The notes under the pieces: model-generated
Databases searched by the model: none
Told to the model about the DNA's origin: nothing
Seen by the model: the letters and a program-made list of their open reading frames with translations, nothing else
Shown here: positions 46,714 to 56,721 of the stretch, one piece after another
Layout: each line of letters starts with the position of its first letter
Position numbering within the stretch: position 1 is the stretch's first letter
Position numbers and translations under genes: made by a program
Assembly: GCF_000009045.1 (NCBI RefSeq)
Contig: NC_000964.3
Coordinates: 3,720,001-3,784,000, forward strand
DNA: 64,000 nt
From: Bacillus subtilis subsp. subtilis str. 168
GTDB taxonomy: Bacteria; Bacillota; Bacilli; Bacillales; Bacillaceae
Direction of reading: 5' to 3'

Positions 46714-48423
46714 TCAAAATAAGAAATATCTTTGTCCAAGTGGGACATAATCGACAGGCTGGCAAGACAATTCCTCCCCGTCAGCAAAGACCTGATAGGT
46801 TTTTGGATCAATCTCAATCTTCGGCAAAGCCGAATTCAGCTTCATATCCAGCTTGCTCAGCTTTCTGATATTTTTGACTGGAGAAATCCTTTTTTCCAGC
46901 CCTAAGCTTTCCGCCACACCACGCTCTATGCTTGCCTGAGACATAAATGTAATCGAGGTTGAGCGGTTGGCTTTTCCGTAAGACGCATACATTTGGCGCA
47001 TGAAAACCGGTTCAGGAGTCGGGATGGACGCGTTCGGATCTCCCATTTGCGCACGTGCAATCATGCCGCCCTTTAAGACCAGTTCCGGTTTCACGCCGAA
47101 AAATACCGGGTCCCACAGAACGAGATCAGCAAGCTTCCCTTTTTCCACCGAGCCGACCTCATGGCTGAGCCCGTGCGTAATTGCCGGATTAATCGTGTAT
47201 TTGGCAATGTACCGTTTTGCGCGCACATTGTCATTCCCGTTTTCACCGGCAAGAGCGCCGCGCTGTTTTTTCATTTTATCGGCTACCTGCCATGTTCGGA
47301 TGATCACTTCACCGACCCGCCCCATCGCTTGGGAATCCGATGATGTCATGCTGATCGCACCTATATCATGGAGAATATCCTCCGCGGCAATCGTCGCCGC
47401 CCTGATTCTGGAATGGCTGAATGCCACATCTTCAGGCACTTTCGCATCTAAATGGTGGCAGACCATCATCATGTCAAGATGCTCATCCATCGTATTAACG
47501 GTATAAGGAATGGTTGGCGTTGTAGATGACGGCAGAATGTTCGCGTAAGAGGCGAGCTTCATAATATCCGGAGCGTGACCGCCGCCTGCCCCTTCAATGT
47601 GATAAGTATGAATAACCCGGTCCCCGATCGCGTCGAGCGTGTTTTCCAAAAAGCCCGCTTCGTTAATCGTATCGGTATGGATGGCAACTTGAATATCAGC
47701 CTCGTCCACGACTTCCATACACGTTTTAATGGCGCTTGGCGTCGTTCCCCAGTCTTCATGGAGCTTAAGACCGATGGCGCCTGCTTCCACCTGCTCGATC
47801 AGCGGCGCTTTATCGGATGCATTCCCTTTTCCTAAGAAGCCGACATTGATCGGAAACTCCTCGGCCGCTTCCAGCATCCTCGCCATATACCACGCCCCGG
47901 ACGTACATGTTGTCGCTTTGCTTCCTGTAGCGGGTCCTGTTCCGCCTCCCAAAAGGGTCGTCACACCTGAAGAAAGCGCAACTTCCATCTGCTGAGGACA
48001 AATAAAATGAATGTGCGTGTCCACTCCCCCGGCTGTTAAAATTTTGCCTTCACCGGAAATCACCTCTGTCCCCGCTCCGATGACCATGTGCGGATCGACT
48101 CCATCCATGATATCAGGATTTCCGCTTTTTCCGACACCGACAATCCGGCCGTCTTTCACACCGACATCCGCTTTGACAATGCCTGTGTAATCCAATAGCA
48201 CGACGTTGGTGATAACCAAATCCAAAGCGCCGTCCTTCCCTGTGATTCTGCCGTTTTGGCCCATGCCGTCTCGGATAGTTTTTCCGCCGCCAAAGATCAT
48301 TTCTTCACCGTATACTGTGAAATCCTTTTCGACTTCGATCCATAAATCCGTGTCGCCCAATCTGATTTTATCGCCCGTTGTCGGGCCAAACAGTTCCGCA
48401 TATTCCTCCCGTGACATTTTCAT
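46714..48423 (-). CDS. ureC: Urease alpha subunit
   Basis: [27 protein letters not shown] and SSDSQAMGR motifs. Confidence 0.98.
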   Translation of the reverse strand: MKMSREEYAELFGPTTGDKIRLGDTDLWIEVEKDFTVYGEEMIFGGGKTIRDGMGQNGRITGKDGALDLVITNVVLLDYTGIVKADVGVKDGRIVGVGKSGNPDIMDGVDPHMVIGAGTEVISGEGKILTAGGVDTHIHFICPQQMEVALSSGVTTLLGGGTGPATGSKATTCTSGAWYMARMLEAAEEFPINVGFLGKGNASDKAPLIEQVEAGAIGLKLHEDWGTTPSAIKTCMEVVDEADIQVAIHTDTINEAGFLENTLDAIGDRVIHTYHIEGAGGGHAPDIMKLASYANILPSSTTPTIPYTVNTMDEHLDMMMVCHHLDAKVPEDVAFSHSRIRAATIAAEDILHDIGAISMTSSDSQAMGRVGEVIIRTWQVADKMKKQRGALAGENGNDNVRAKRYIAKYTINPAITHGLSHEVGSVEKGKLADLVLWDPVFFGVKPELVLKGGMIARAQMGDPNASIPTPEPVFMRQMYASYGKANRSTSITFMSQASIERGVAESLGLEKRISPVKNIRKLSKLDMKLNSALPKIEIDPKTYQVFADGEELSCQPVDYVPLGQRYFLF

Positions 48424-48794
48424 CGGATTACACCCTCCATCCAGCCGGCTTGTTTTAAGTTGGCCAACGTTTTTTCTTTGCCGCGTTCATCGATAAACGT
48501 GTCGGCCATTCCGTTCAGCCCTCTAATTGTCTTGCGTCCTCTGATTTCCACTAGTGAGACCGTTTTCTGCTCTCCCGGCTCAAAACGGACCGACGTGCCT
48601 GATGGAACATCAAGACGCATGCCGATCGCCAGCTCACGGTCAAATAATAAAGCCCCGTTGGCCTCCGCAAAATGAAAATGCGAACCGACTTGAATGGAGC
48701 GTGATCCGGTGTTTTTTACCGTTACCTCCCGTATCTCACGGCCTTCATTAATCGTAATGGTTCCCTCAGCAATTTGAAATGCTCCCGGCTTCAT
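48420..48794 (-). CDS. ureB: Urease beta subunit
   Basis: [17 protein letters not shown] and GTSVRFEPG. Confidence 0.97.
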   Translation of the reverse strand: MKPGAFQIAEGTITINEGREIREVTVKNTGSRSIQVGSHFHFAEANGALLFDRELAIGMRLDVPSGTSVRFEPGEQKTVSLVEIRGRKTIRGLNGMADTFIDERGKEKTLANLKQAGWMEGVIR

Positions 48795-49108
48795 GACTTC
48801 ACCTCCGCAGAAATTGGCTGATGTACCGTAACAAGCTTTACACCATCCGGAAATGTGGCCTCCACCTGAATGCTGTCCAGCATCTCAGGCACACCCTCCA
48901 TCACATCTTTTTCCGTTAATACATGGCGGCCGGCTTCCATCAGCTCTGCTACTCCCTTCCCATCACGTGCGCCTTCCATAATAAAGCAGGTGATATAAGC
49001 AGCAGCCTCAGGATAGTTCAGCAGAACGCCCCGCGCCTTTCGCTGTTTGGCTAATTCCCCCGCTGCAAAAATGAGCAATTTCTCTTGTTCAACTGGTGTC
49101 AGTTTCAT
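48791..49108 (-). CDS. ureA: Urease gamma subunit
   Basis: [18 protein letters not shown] and [14 protein letters not shown]; start follows AAGGAGG. Confidence 0.97.
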   Translation of the reverse strand: MKLTPVEQEKLLIFAAGELAKQRKARGVLLNYPEAAAYITCFIMEGARDGKGVAELMEAGRHVLTEKDVMEGVPEMLDSIQVEATFPDGVKLVTVHQPISAEVKS

Positions 49109-49208
49109 CTGTAGTCCTCCTTCTTTTGTCATATAAAGCAGATGCGGCTACTACGAATTTGCGGAACAGTCAGGCGGGACATCACCTCCCTTTCTTCGAG
49201 AATGGGGG

Positions 49209-49638
49209 TCATACGGTAAGATGCCTTTCAAAGCGGCATGCCGTTTCTTCATCAGCCTTGCCATGGTCAACAACCGTTCCCCTGTCGATCACGGAAAGAT
49301 CAGATTAACGCGTTTTCCAGACTGCGCTCGACTAAGATAACAAATGTCTTTTTTTCTGGAAATTTCTATAATAACTTGTCTGACTAGTTCGACAATTAAA
49401 ATCTGAATTCCTTCCAATTGTTTATTAAGTAAAATATTTTTCAGATTTACCATCAGCGCTCTGGTGATTGCAAGCTGCTGCTGTTGACCGCCTTTTCGTT
49501 TTGAACAAACGTTTGATTAAAACAAATAGCCCCCTCTGTTTAGCCGGAGTCGGCCTAATACAGCGACAATCTGCCCCGGGCGAAGCTAAGGCTGTGCAAA
49601 ACCATCGATTGATCATAACCAGACGTTACATTCCTGAT
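49209..49638 (-). pseudogene. Fossil of a urea ABC transporter ATPase (UrtE/LivF-like), deleted and frameshifted
   Basis: Pieces in different frames: [17 protein letters not shown] (49585-49635), PGQIVAVLGR (49550-49579), GGQQQQLAITRALMVNLKNILLNKQLEGIQ (from 49492), VILVERSLE, and VIDRGTVVDHG...HLTV-stop (49209-49292). Confidence 0.82.
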
Positions 49639-49640
49639 GG

Positions 49641-49893
49641 CAGCCCGTTGTTTTGCTCCGCAACCGGAAGCATGGCATGGAGGCCAGTCTGAGGCGCCGA
49701 CCTCCACGATACCGAGAACCCGACTATTGCCATTAACTCCGCATCATGGACGGTCACTTCGCTGATCGCCACCGTTCCTCTTAATGAGTGAAGAATTCCG
49801 GCCTTCACTGAATCCCCGCTTGTGTCGATATCAACTGTTTTCTCGCACTCCCGTGGCTTCCGACACTTTCTTCGGTGCAGTACATTCCGTCAT
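49641..49893 (-). pseudogene. Fossil of a urea ABC transporter substrate-binding protein (UrtA), 5' pieces
   Basis: [32 protein letters not shown] (49725-49820); [13 protein letters not shown] in a shifted frame; [12 protein letters not shown] (49641-49676); RBS AAAGGGG before the ATG at 49893. Confidence 0.82.
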
Positions 49894-49924
49894 CAAAACC
49901 CCTTTGTTTGATTTCTTCAAATGA

Positions 49925-49941
49925 TGTTATAAAAGTTTACA
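49925..49941. promoter_or_regulatory. GlnR/TnrA box upstream of the urt fossil and ure operon
   Basis: TGTTA-TAAAAGT-TTACA matches TGTNA-N7-TNACA. Confidence 0.8.
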
Positions 49942-50058
49942 ACTTATGTCATCATTATATAGAAGAGGCCTATTAATTCAAAGAATATTTAAAAAATTTA
50001 GTTACCTTGACCAAATCAGCTTCTTTTTTTGTTATATTTATTCACATCAGAAAAAGCG

Positions 50059-50092
50059 AAAAAAAAGACAAGAAACATTTCGTTTCCTGCCT
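50059..50092 (-). terminator. csbD terminator
   Basis: Minus strand AGGCAGGAAAC-GAAAT-GTTTCTTGTCT followed by a T-run. Confidence 0.7.
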
Positions 50093-50103
50093 CTTCCGTA
50101 CGA

Positions 50104-50292
50104 TTAATCTTTATCTGAAAATTTATCCTTGGCTTTCCCGATATCCTTTTGGATTTCGCCTTTTGCCTTATCTTTTTTGCCTTCAGCCTGCATGTCCGTT
50201 CTGTCAGCCATATCTCCGACTTTATCCTTCACTTCTCCTTTGGCTTTATTGAAGCCGCCCTTCATTTTGTCTTTTACACTATCGTTACCCAT
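50104..50292 (-). CDS. csbD: General stress protein CsbD
   Basis: DKMKGGFNKAKGEVKDKVG...QAEGKKDKAKG. Confidence 0.95.
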   Translation of the reverse strand: MGNDSVKDKMKGGFNKAKGEVKDKVGDMADRTDMQAEGKKDKAKGEIQKDIGKAKDKFSDKD

Positions 50293-50330
50293 GTTAATTC
50301 TCCCCTCTCAATTATGTGTGTACTTGTTAA

Positions 50331-50355
50331 CTTCCCGATCTGAGAGGCAATAAAC
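50331..50355 (-). promoter_or_regulatory. SigB promoter of csbD
   Basis: Minus strand GTTTAT-N13-GGGAAG. Confidence 0.75.
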
Positions 50356-50364
50356 ATTCTAATG

Positions 50365-50844
50365 TTATTTATCGATTTCGTAGCGCTCTCCGTAACGGAG
50401 CACCTTGTATATCGCCAGCCCGTCTGATGACTTTTTCTCCGAATATCGGACCGGCAGCAGGGCAAAAAACACATAATACGTAGAAAAATAGACAAACTGA
50501 TAGAAAAACACATTCGGCTTTAATACACTGTGTATAATCAGCAGATTGATTGCAAAAATCGTGATGAGGTTAAACAAGCAGCCCCCTGCATACACGAGTG
50601 CATTTGAGAATCGATTGTCAATTTTCAACTCCCCGTACCGGCAAAAAGAATCGATAAAATAAATCGTTCTGAACCGTATGGGTCCAATTTTAAGCAGCGT
50701 TTTTCCCATGCCTATATCCAACGATCCCTTTCCGCCAAAAATAAAAGCCATAAAGCTGTGCCCTGAAACATGTATAATCTGTACAAGCGGCAGAACAATG
50801 AGGAAAGACCACAGAAACTTCACCATATCATTAAAACCAAACAT
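50365..50844 (-). CDS. ywmF: Membrane protein resembling M50 peptidases, with a degenerate zinc motif
   Basis: Start follows GAGGGGG (159 aa); IIHVSGH at the HExxH position; LLPV...SSDG at the NLxPxxxxDG position. Confidence 0.75.
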   Translation of the reverse strand: MFGFNDMVKFLWSFLIVLPLVQIIHVSGHSFMAFIFGGKGSLDIGMGKTLLKIGPIRFRTIYFIDSFCRYGELKIDNRFSNALVYAGGCLFNLITIFAINLLIIHSVLKPNVFFYQFVYFSTYYVFFALLPVRYSEKKSSDGLAIYKVLRYGERYEIDK

Positions 50845-50965
50845 TGAATTCCCCCTCACATGCATATCTGCATCCCAAAACGGCTTTTGTTCAAAAAACA
50901 GTGCTGTAGCGATTTTTCCTGTTCTCCCCGGAAATAAACGTTCCGATGCTCCCCTTTTTTTGCAT

Positions 50966-50996
50966 AAAAAAAAACCATCTGCCAGCAGATGGTTTT
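50966..50996 (-). terminator. rapB terminator
   Basis: AAAACCATCTGC-CA-GCAGATGGTTTT. Confidence 0.85.
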
Positions 50997-50999
50997 GTC

Positions 51000-52205
<1,206 letters not shown>

Positions 52206-52281
52206 TTACAATGATTCCTTCTTTATGCCTATCCTTATATATTTCGGTTTTTCTACGTATTTTTTGCACTCGGATTCTAAT

Positions 52282-52315
52282 AAAAAAGCTTACCGGACAG
52301 TGCCGATAAGCTTTT
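52282..52315 (-). terminator. moaA terminator
   Basis: AAAAGCTTA...TAAGCTTTT. Confidence 0.65.
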
Positions 52316-52324
52316 GACTTCAAA

Positions 52325-53350
52325 TTAACCGCCAATATAAGACATTTCCACTTTCTTTTTGCCAGATGCTTTTGATAGCGTACGATCGACTGAATACTGA
52401 TCGATCCGATTTTTCCATACTGTCCCGATCATTTCTGATAGTTCGTCATCACTTAATTCCTGGCGAACCGGAGCTCTGAGGTCAAATCCGCTTGAAGCGA
52501 ATAAGCAGGTAAACAGCTCTCCTCTCGCAGAAAGACGGGCTCTGTTGCAAGATCCGCAGAATGCATCAGATACAGATGATATGACGCCAATTTCTCCGGA
52601 GCCGTCCAAGTAGCGGAATCTGGAAGCCACTTCGCCTATATAATTAGGCGCTATCGGCTCAACCGGCATGTGTTTATTGATCAAATCTATGATTTCCGCC
52701 TTTGTCATGACGTCTTTCTTTTCCCATTGGTTGGTGTTGCCTACGTCCATAAATTCAATGAATCTCAGGATATGCCCTTTTTCTTTAAAATAACGGGCCA
52801 TAGGCAGTATATCTTTTTCATTGACGCCCTTTTGAACGACCATATTGATTTTAACACCGAGCCCCGCTTGCTTCGCCGCTTCAATGCCTTCCAGCACCTT
52901 GCTGACAGAAACACCGCGCCCGTTTATCTTCTTAAAACGCTCGTCTTCTAAAGAATCAAGGCTGATCGTAACCCTTTTCAGCCCAGCCTCCTTGAGCCTC
53001 TTAGCATAAACAGGCAGCAGTGATCCGTTTGTCGTCATCGCGATGTCACGAATACCCGGTATGCGGGCCAGTTTTTTGATTAATTCCGGCATATCCTTTC
53101 TCATGAGGGGCTCTCCGCCGGTCAAGCGGATTTTTTCAACGCCAAATCTTGTGACAAACAATGTCGCAAGCCGTTCCAGCTCCTCAAATGAAAGCAGCTC
53201 CTCTTTCTTTAAAAAAGGATAATCCGGGCCGAATAATTCGGCGGGCATACAGTACGTGCATCGGAAGTTGCAGCGGTCTGTAACAGAAATGCGAAGGTCT
53301 CTCAGCGGTCTGTTTCTTTTATCCAACATCTGACGCGACTCTGTAATCAT
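52325..53350 (-). CDS. moaA: GTP 3',8-cyclase MoaA (radical SAM)
   Basis: [25 protein letters not shown] and C-terminal MSYIGG. Confidence 0.96.
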   Translation of the reverse strand: MITESRQMLDKRNRPLRDLRISVTDRCNFRCTYCMPAELFGPDYPFLKKEELLSFEELERLATLFVTRFGVEKIRLTGGEPLMRKDMPELIKKLARIPGIRDIAMTTNGSLLPVYAKRLKEAGLKRVTISLDSLEDERFKKINGRGVSVSKVLEGIEAAKQAGLGVKINMVVQKGVNEKDILPMARYFKEKGHILRFIEFMDVGNTNQWEKKDVMTKAEIIDLINKHMPVEPIAPNYIGEVASRFRYLDGSGEIGVISSVSDAFCGSCNRARLSARGELFTCLFASSGFDLRAPVRQELSDDELSEMIGTVWKNRIDQYSVDRTLSKASGKKKVEMSYIGG

Positions 53351-53365
53351 AGCTACAGCCCCTTC

Positions 53366-54154
53366 CTACTCCCTGATTCTCTCAGGGTGTGTATATACAT
53401 TAAATGATCCGTTTCTGACAAATCCAATCGCTGTGATATTCAATTCTTCAGCCATTTGAATCGCAAGCTCCGTCGGGGCCGATTTGGAAATGACAATCGA
53501 CACGCCGATTTTGGCCGCTTTTAACAGGACCTCTGATGAGATTCTGCCGCTGAACACAATCAGTTTGTCGCGTACGGACATCCCGTTTAGAAGGCAGTGT
53601 CCGTATAGTTTATCAAGTGCGTTGTGCCGACCGATATCTGTGCGCATCAACAGAAGCTTCTCTGTGTCGCAAAGCGCCGCATTATGGACGCCTCCCGTAT
53701 CCTGAAACGTCCCGCTCCCTTGCTGCATGTCTTTCATAAGCGCCAGACATGCCTCAGGCGATATCTTGATTTGGCTGACAGCCGTCTTGGCTGTTTTGAC
53801 ATCCTGCTGAAAATAAAAATGACGGCCCTTTCCGCAGCATGAGCCGATCACCCGTTTCGTATAATCCTTTTGATCCAATGTCTCAGGGTGAACGAGGTCG
53901 ACATATACAAAACCGAGACTTTCATCTATTGTAAACCTTTTAATTTCTTTTTGAAATCGTATAACACCCTCTGATGCGAGAAATCCGATGACAAGCTCTT
54001 CGATATGCTCAGGCGTACAAACGAGCGTCACAAATTCACTGCCATTCAGTATCACTGTCAAAGGGAATTCCGTCACCATCCGGTCTTCTACTTTGCTTAT
54101 TTCCCCTTGTTCATAGCGCCATACATCCCTGACCGCAGTTACTTTATCGTTCAA
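53366..54154 (-). CDS. fdhD: Sulfur carrier FdhD
   Basis: GSCCGK, TGGVHNAAL, DIGRHNALDKL and SGRISSE; TTG start. Confidence 0.95.
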   Translation of the reverse strand: MNDKVTAVRDVWRYEQGEISKVEDRMVTEFPLTVILNGSEFVTLVCTPEHIEELVIGFLASEGVIRFQKEIKRFTIDESLGFVYVDLVHPETLDQKDYTKRVIGSCCGKGRHFYFQQDVKTAKTAVSQIKISPEACLALMKDMQQGSGTFQDTGGVHNAALCDTEKLLLMRTDIGRHNALDKLYGHCLLNGMSVRDKLIVFSGRISSEVLLKAAKIGVSIVISKSAPTELAIQMAEELNITAIGFVRNGSFNVYTHPERIRE

Positions 54155-54229
54155 TGTCTCTTCCCCTCCGCAATGTTCCTGCCTTTATATTTTTTCACAC
54201 TCCTCGGATTTTGTCGAATTCTGAGACAC

Positions 54230-54258
54230 AAAAAGAGCCCTCTATATAAAGGGCTTTT
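54230..54258 (-). terminator. Terminator between ywmE and fdhD
   Basis: Minus strand AGCCCT-TTATATAG-AGGGCT followed by CTTTTT. Confidence 0.6.
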
Positions 54259-54399
54259 ACAGGATGTGATGACGGCGGTGTTTAGGCAGGACGCCTAAGC
54301 ATTTAGCCGCCGTTCCTTTTATAACACGTGAGCACCAATGTGCATTGACAACGAACGCGGGGTTTGTCGACACGCTGAGACACCTCTGTATAAAGGACT

Positions 54400-54561
54400 C
54401 TATGTTTGATTATGCTGATTCTTTTTCAGAACCGTAAACAGCACAATAGCTGCGATCAAGGTGAGAATGCTGACAAAAAAGAAGGCTGCCAGTTTTAGAA
54501 GAACACCAAGCAATATAAATGCAACGGTGGCTATAAGAAAAATCATTCCGAATAATTTCAT
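54400..54561 (-). CDS. ywmE: 53-aa two-TM membrane protein
   Basis: Not in the ORF track. MKLFGMIFLIATVAFILLGVLLKLAAFFFVSILTLIAAIVLFTVLKKNQHNQT, with an AAAGGGG RBS. Confidence 0.85.
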   Translation of the reverse strand: MKLFGMIFLIATVAFILLGVLLKLAAFFFVSILTLIAAIVLFTVLKKNQHNQT

Positions 54562-54586
54562 ATGTTCAACCCCTTTTTAGGGTATC

Positions 54587-54611
54587 ATTCCCGCCCAAAC
54601 TGTTTTTAAAC
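54587..54611 (-). promoter_or_regulatory. SigB promoter of ywmE
   Basis: Minus strand GTTTAA-N13-GGGAAT, near consensus. Confidence 0.8.
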
Positions 54612-54615
54612 CAAT

Positions 54616-54640
54616 AAAAAAGGCGCCTGGGGGAGCGCCT
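54616..54640 (-). terminator. ywmD terminator
   Basis: Minus strand AGGCGC...GCGCCT followed by a T-run. Confidence 0.65.
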
Positions 54641-54654
54641 GATCTTTAGGTTCC

Positions 54655-55329
54655 TTACTCAGTAAATTTTTGTGCTTCTTTTTCCCAAGCCTGTTCGAAC
54701 TCATCCGCACTGTTCGCTGAAATATATTCTCCGCCGCCAGCGACAGCTGCTTGTTTCATCTCTTCATTACCCTTGACATCAAAGTTGAAGCCAATGATGT
54801 TTACAATCGTATCCACATTTGATGCACGGAGCTTTTCGATTTCCGCCGCAGGGTCTCCGCCGCACGTTTCTTCACCGTCAGTGATTAAATACACCACGTT
54901 TTTCCCGTCTGCGTCAAATGCTTCAAATTCTTTTCTTGTGTCTGCAAGTGCTTTGGCAATCGGTGTCCATCCAGTCGGCTTGAGCTCACTCAATGAATTG
55001 TCAAACAGAGACCCTTCATATGGATGAAGGCCGTAAATGGTTTCCGTCGTACTGCACGAAAGGGCTTTACCGGACAGTTTATTGTTCCCTGCATGCCCGA
55101 AAACGCGAAGCATAAGATTTGTATCCTTTGGAAGAAGTTCGGCAAAAGATTTTACTGATTTTTTGGCAATGTCTATTTTGCGCTCTCCTCCTGTTTTTTG
55201 AACCATGCTTCCGCTTCCGTCAAACAAAACAGCTACATTTGTATCAGCCTGTTTCTCAGCGGCAAAAGACGGGGAGGCAATGGAAACAGTCAACAATCCA
55301 ATGATACCGGCAGCCAGCAATTTTTTCAT
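54655..55329 (-). CDS. ywmD: Secreted von Willebrand factor A domain protein
   Basis: Signal peptide (..SFA-AE); MIDAS DGSGS, GWTP and TDG; start follows AAAGGAAG. Confidence 0.88.
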   Translation of the reverse strand: MKKLLAAGIIGLLTVSIASPSFAAEKQADTNVAVLFDGSGSMVQKTGGERKIDIAKKSVKSFAELLPKDTNLMLRVFGHAGNNKLSGKALSCSTTETIYGLHPYEGSLFDNSLSELKPTGWTPIAKALADTRKEFEAFDADGKNVVYLITDGEETCGGDPAAEIEKLRASNVDTIVNIIGFNFDVKGNEEMKQAAVAGGGEYISANSADEFEQAWEKEAQKFTE

Positions 55330-55619
55330 ATGATTACTTCCTTTCTTTTTCATATTTTCCAACTATATGTTGGATTCTTCTTTATGCTAGAATACGAAAA
55401 TGCAAAAAGATATAGGACATGCTGCCTTTTGTGCTGCTTTCACGATCTGTCCAAAATCGCTTGAAATGCCGTTCATTTTTAGCCATTTCCGCCCAGAAAG
55501 CATAAACAGCTTGTGTGATCATTCATTCTTTTTTCGCCTTGATTATGACAGAAAAACGGAAATCTGCTACTATGCTACAGGCAGACAGCTAATTAGTTTT
55601 GAAGTTTTTGTTACATACA

Positions 55620-55651
55620 AAAAGAGGCTGACCATCACCAGCCTCTTTTTT
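55620..55651 (-). terminator. ywmC terminator
   Basis: AAAGAGGCTG-ACCATCAC-CAGCCTCTTT. Confidence 0.8.
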
Positions 55652-55652
55652 C

Positions 55653-56336
55653 TTATTTAGATAACATTAGTGATTGCTGAGTGAAAATTTTCTCAACATC
55701 TTTTTGGGTATAAGCCGGGAAGTATTCACCGCCGCCTACTTTCGCAATTGCGTTCAGCTGGCCTTTGTATCCCTCTTTATAATCAAAGCCGATCACATTA
55801 ACAGTGATATTGTCTTTTTGCAGTTCCTTTGCTGTTTTAATCGGGTTTCCTCCGCACGTTTCCTCACCGTCTGTCAACAGATACACCACTTTTTCCCCTT
55901 TTGCATCAAGCTGGTCAAAAGAAGATTTCGCCTCGTTCAGCGCTTTGGCAATTGGCGTCCAGCCAGTCGGCCCAATTGTATTGAGAGAATTGAGGAAGCT
56001 TTGCTCGTTAAAGCTTTGGAAGCCGTATACGTTGCGAATGGCTTCACATGACTGAACTTTTCCGGAATTTTTATTGTTTCCTTCAGAGCCAAACACGCTC
56101 ATTTTCACCTGAGTTCCTTCTGGCAATGAGCTCGCAAACTTTGAAATTTCTTTTTTGGCTGAATTAAATTTAGATACACCATCTATTCTTTTCGCCATAC
56201 TTCCGCTGGCATCAAGCAAGACCGCCACGTTCGCCGGCGCTTTAGCCTCCGTTTCTGTCTTTTCAGCTGCAAAAGCAGGTGAAGTTAATCCAAAAAGCAA
56301 TCCTGTCATCATGATCAGTGAAAATCTTTTCTTCAT
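55653..56336 (-). CDS. ywmC: Secreted von Willebrand factor A domain protein
   Basis: Signal peptide (..AFA-AE); MIDAS DASGS, GWTP and TDG. Confidence 0.88.
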   Translation of the reverse strand: MKKRFSLIMMTGLLFGLTSPAFAAEKTETEAKAPANVAVLLDASGSMAKRIDGVSKFNSAKKEISKFASSLPEGTQVKMSVFGSEGNNKNSGKVQSCEAIRNVYGFQSFNEQSFLNSLNTIGPTGWTPIAKALNEAKSSFDQLDAKGEKVVYLLTDGEETCGGNPIKTAKELQKDNITVNVIGFDYKEGYKGQLNAIAKVGGGEYFPAYTQKDVEKIFTQQSLMLSK

Positions 56337-56694
56337 GTTCGTACCCCTTTACCAATTTGTTTCTGCGTGCAGATGTTCAACGCTGAACATAATCTATCGT
56401 AATCAACAAAAACCGAGAAATAAATAGGGCGGGCTTCCCCATTGCTGTTGTTTACTTTTGCATAGAAACCTATGTTTTTATTAGTGATTTCCACCTAACG
56501 CCCCTATGAAAAGAGAAGATTGTCCGCCTTTCGGCTTTCGTTATATGAGTCTGTCGAAGTCTGTCGACAAATGTGGATGACTTTACCACAATCTCAAAGC
56601 CTGAAATCAGGAAAAAAGGACTGATCCTTAAAGACGGTCAGAAGCTCCTCTAAACCGTTTCAGCTACTCTTAGATAAAAGATATTCAGGAACAG

Positions 56695-56721
56695 AAAAAG
56701 ACGCCCAATGAGCGTCTTTTT
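56695..56721 (-). terminator. spoIID terminator
   Basis: AAAAAGACGC-CCAATGA-GCGTCTTTTT. Confidence 0.8.

Noticed and set aside
49700-49735. [16 protein letters not shown] first looked like a decayed Walker A (GxSGSGKST)
   Set aside because: The flanking blocks match UrtA much better (GILHSL.GT.AISE, GASDWP in the shifted frame, AMLPV.EQNNGL). The resemblance is a by-product of a frameshifted deletion junction.
49096-49808. ORF-track entries 49096..49308 (+), 49425..49616 (-), 49468..49692 (+) and 49626..49808 (-) as independent small genes
   Set aside because: They are antisense or off-frame shadows, or internal pieces, of the urtA/urtE fossil; none has a convincing RBS.
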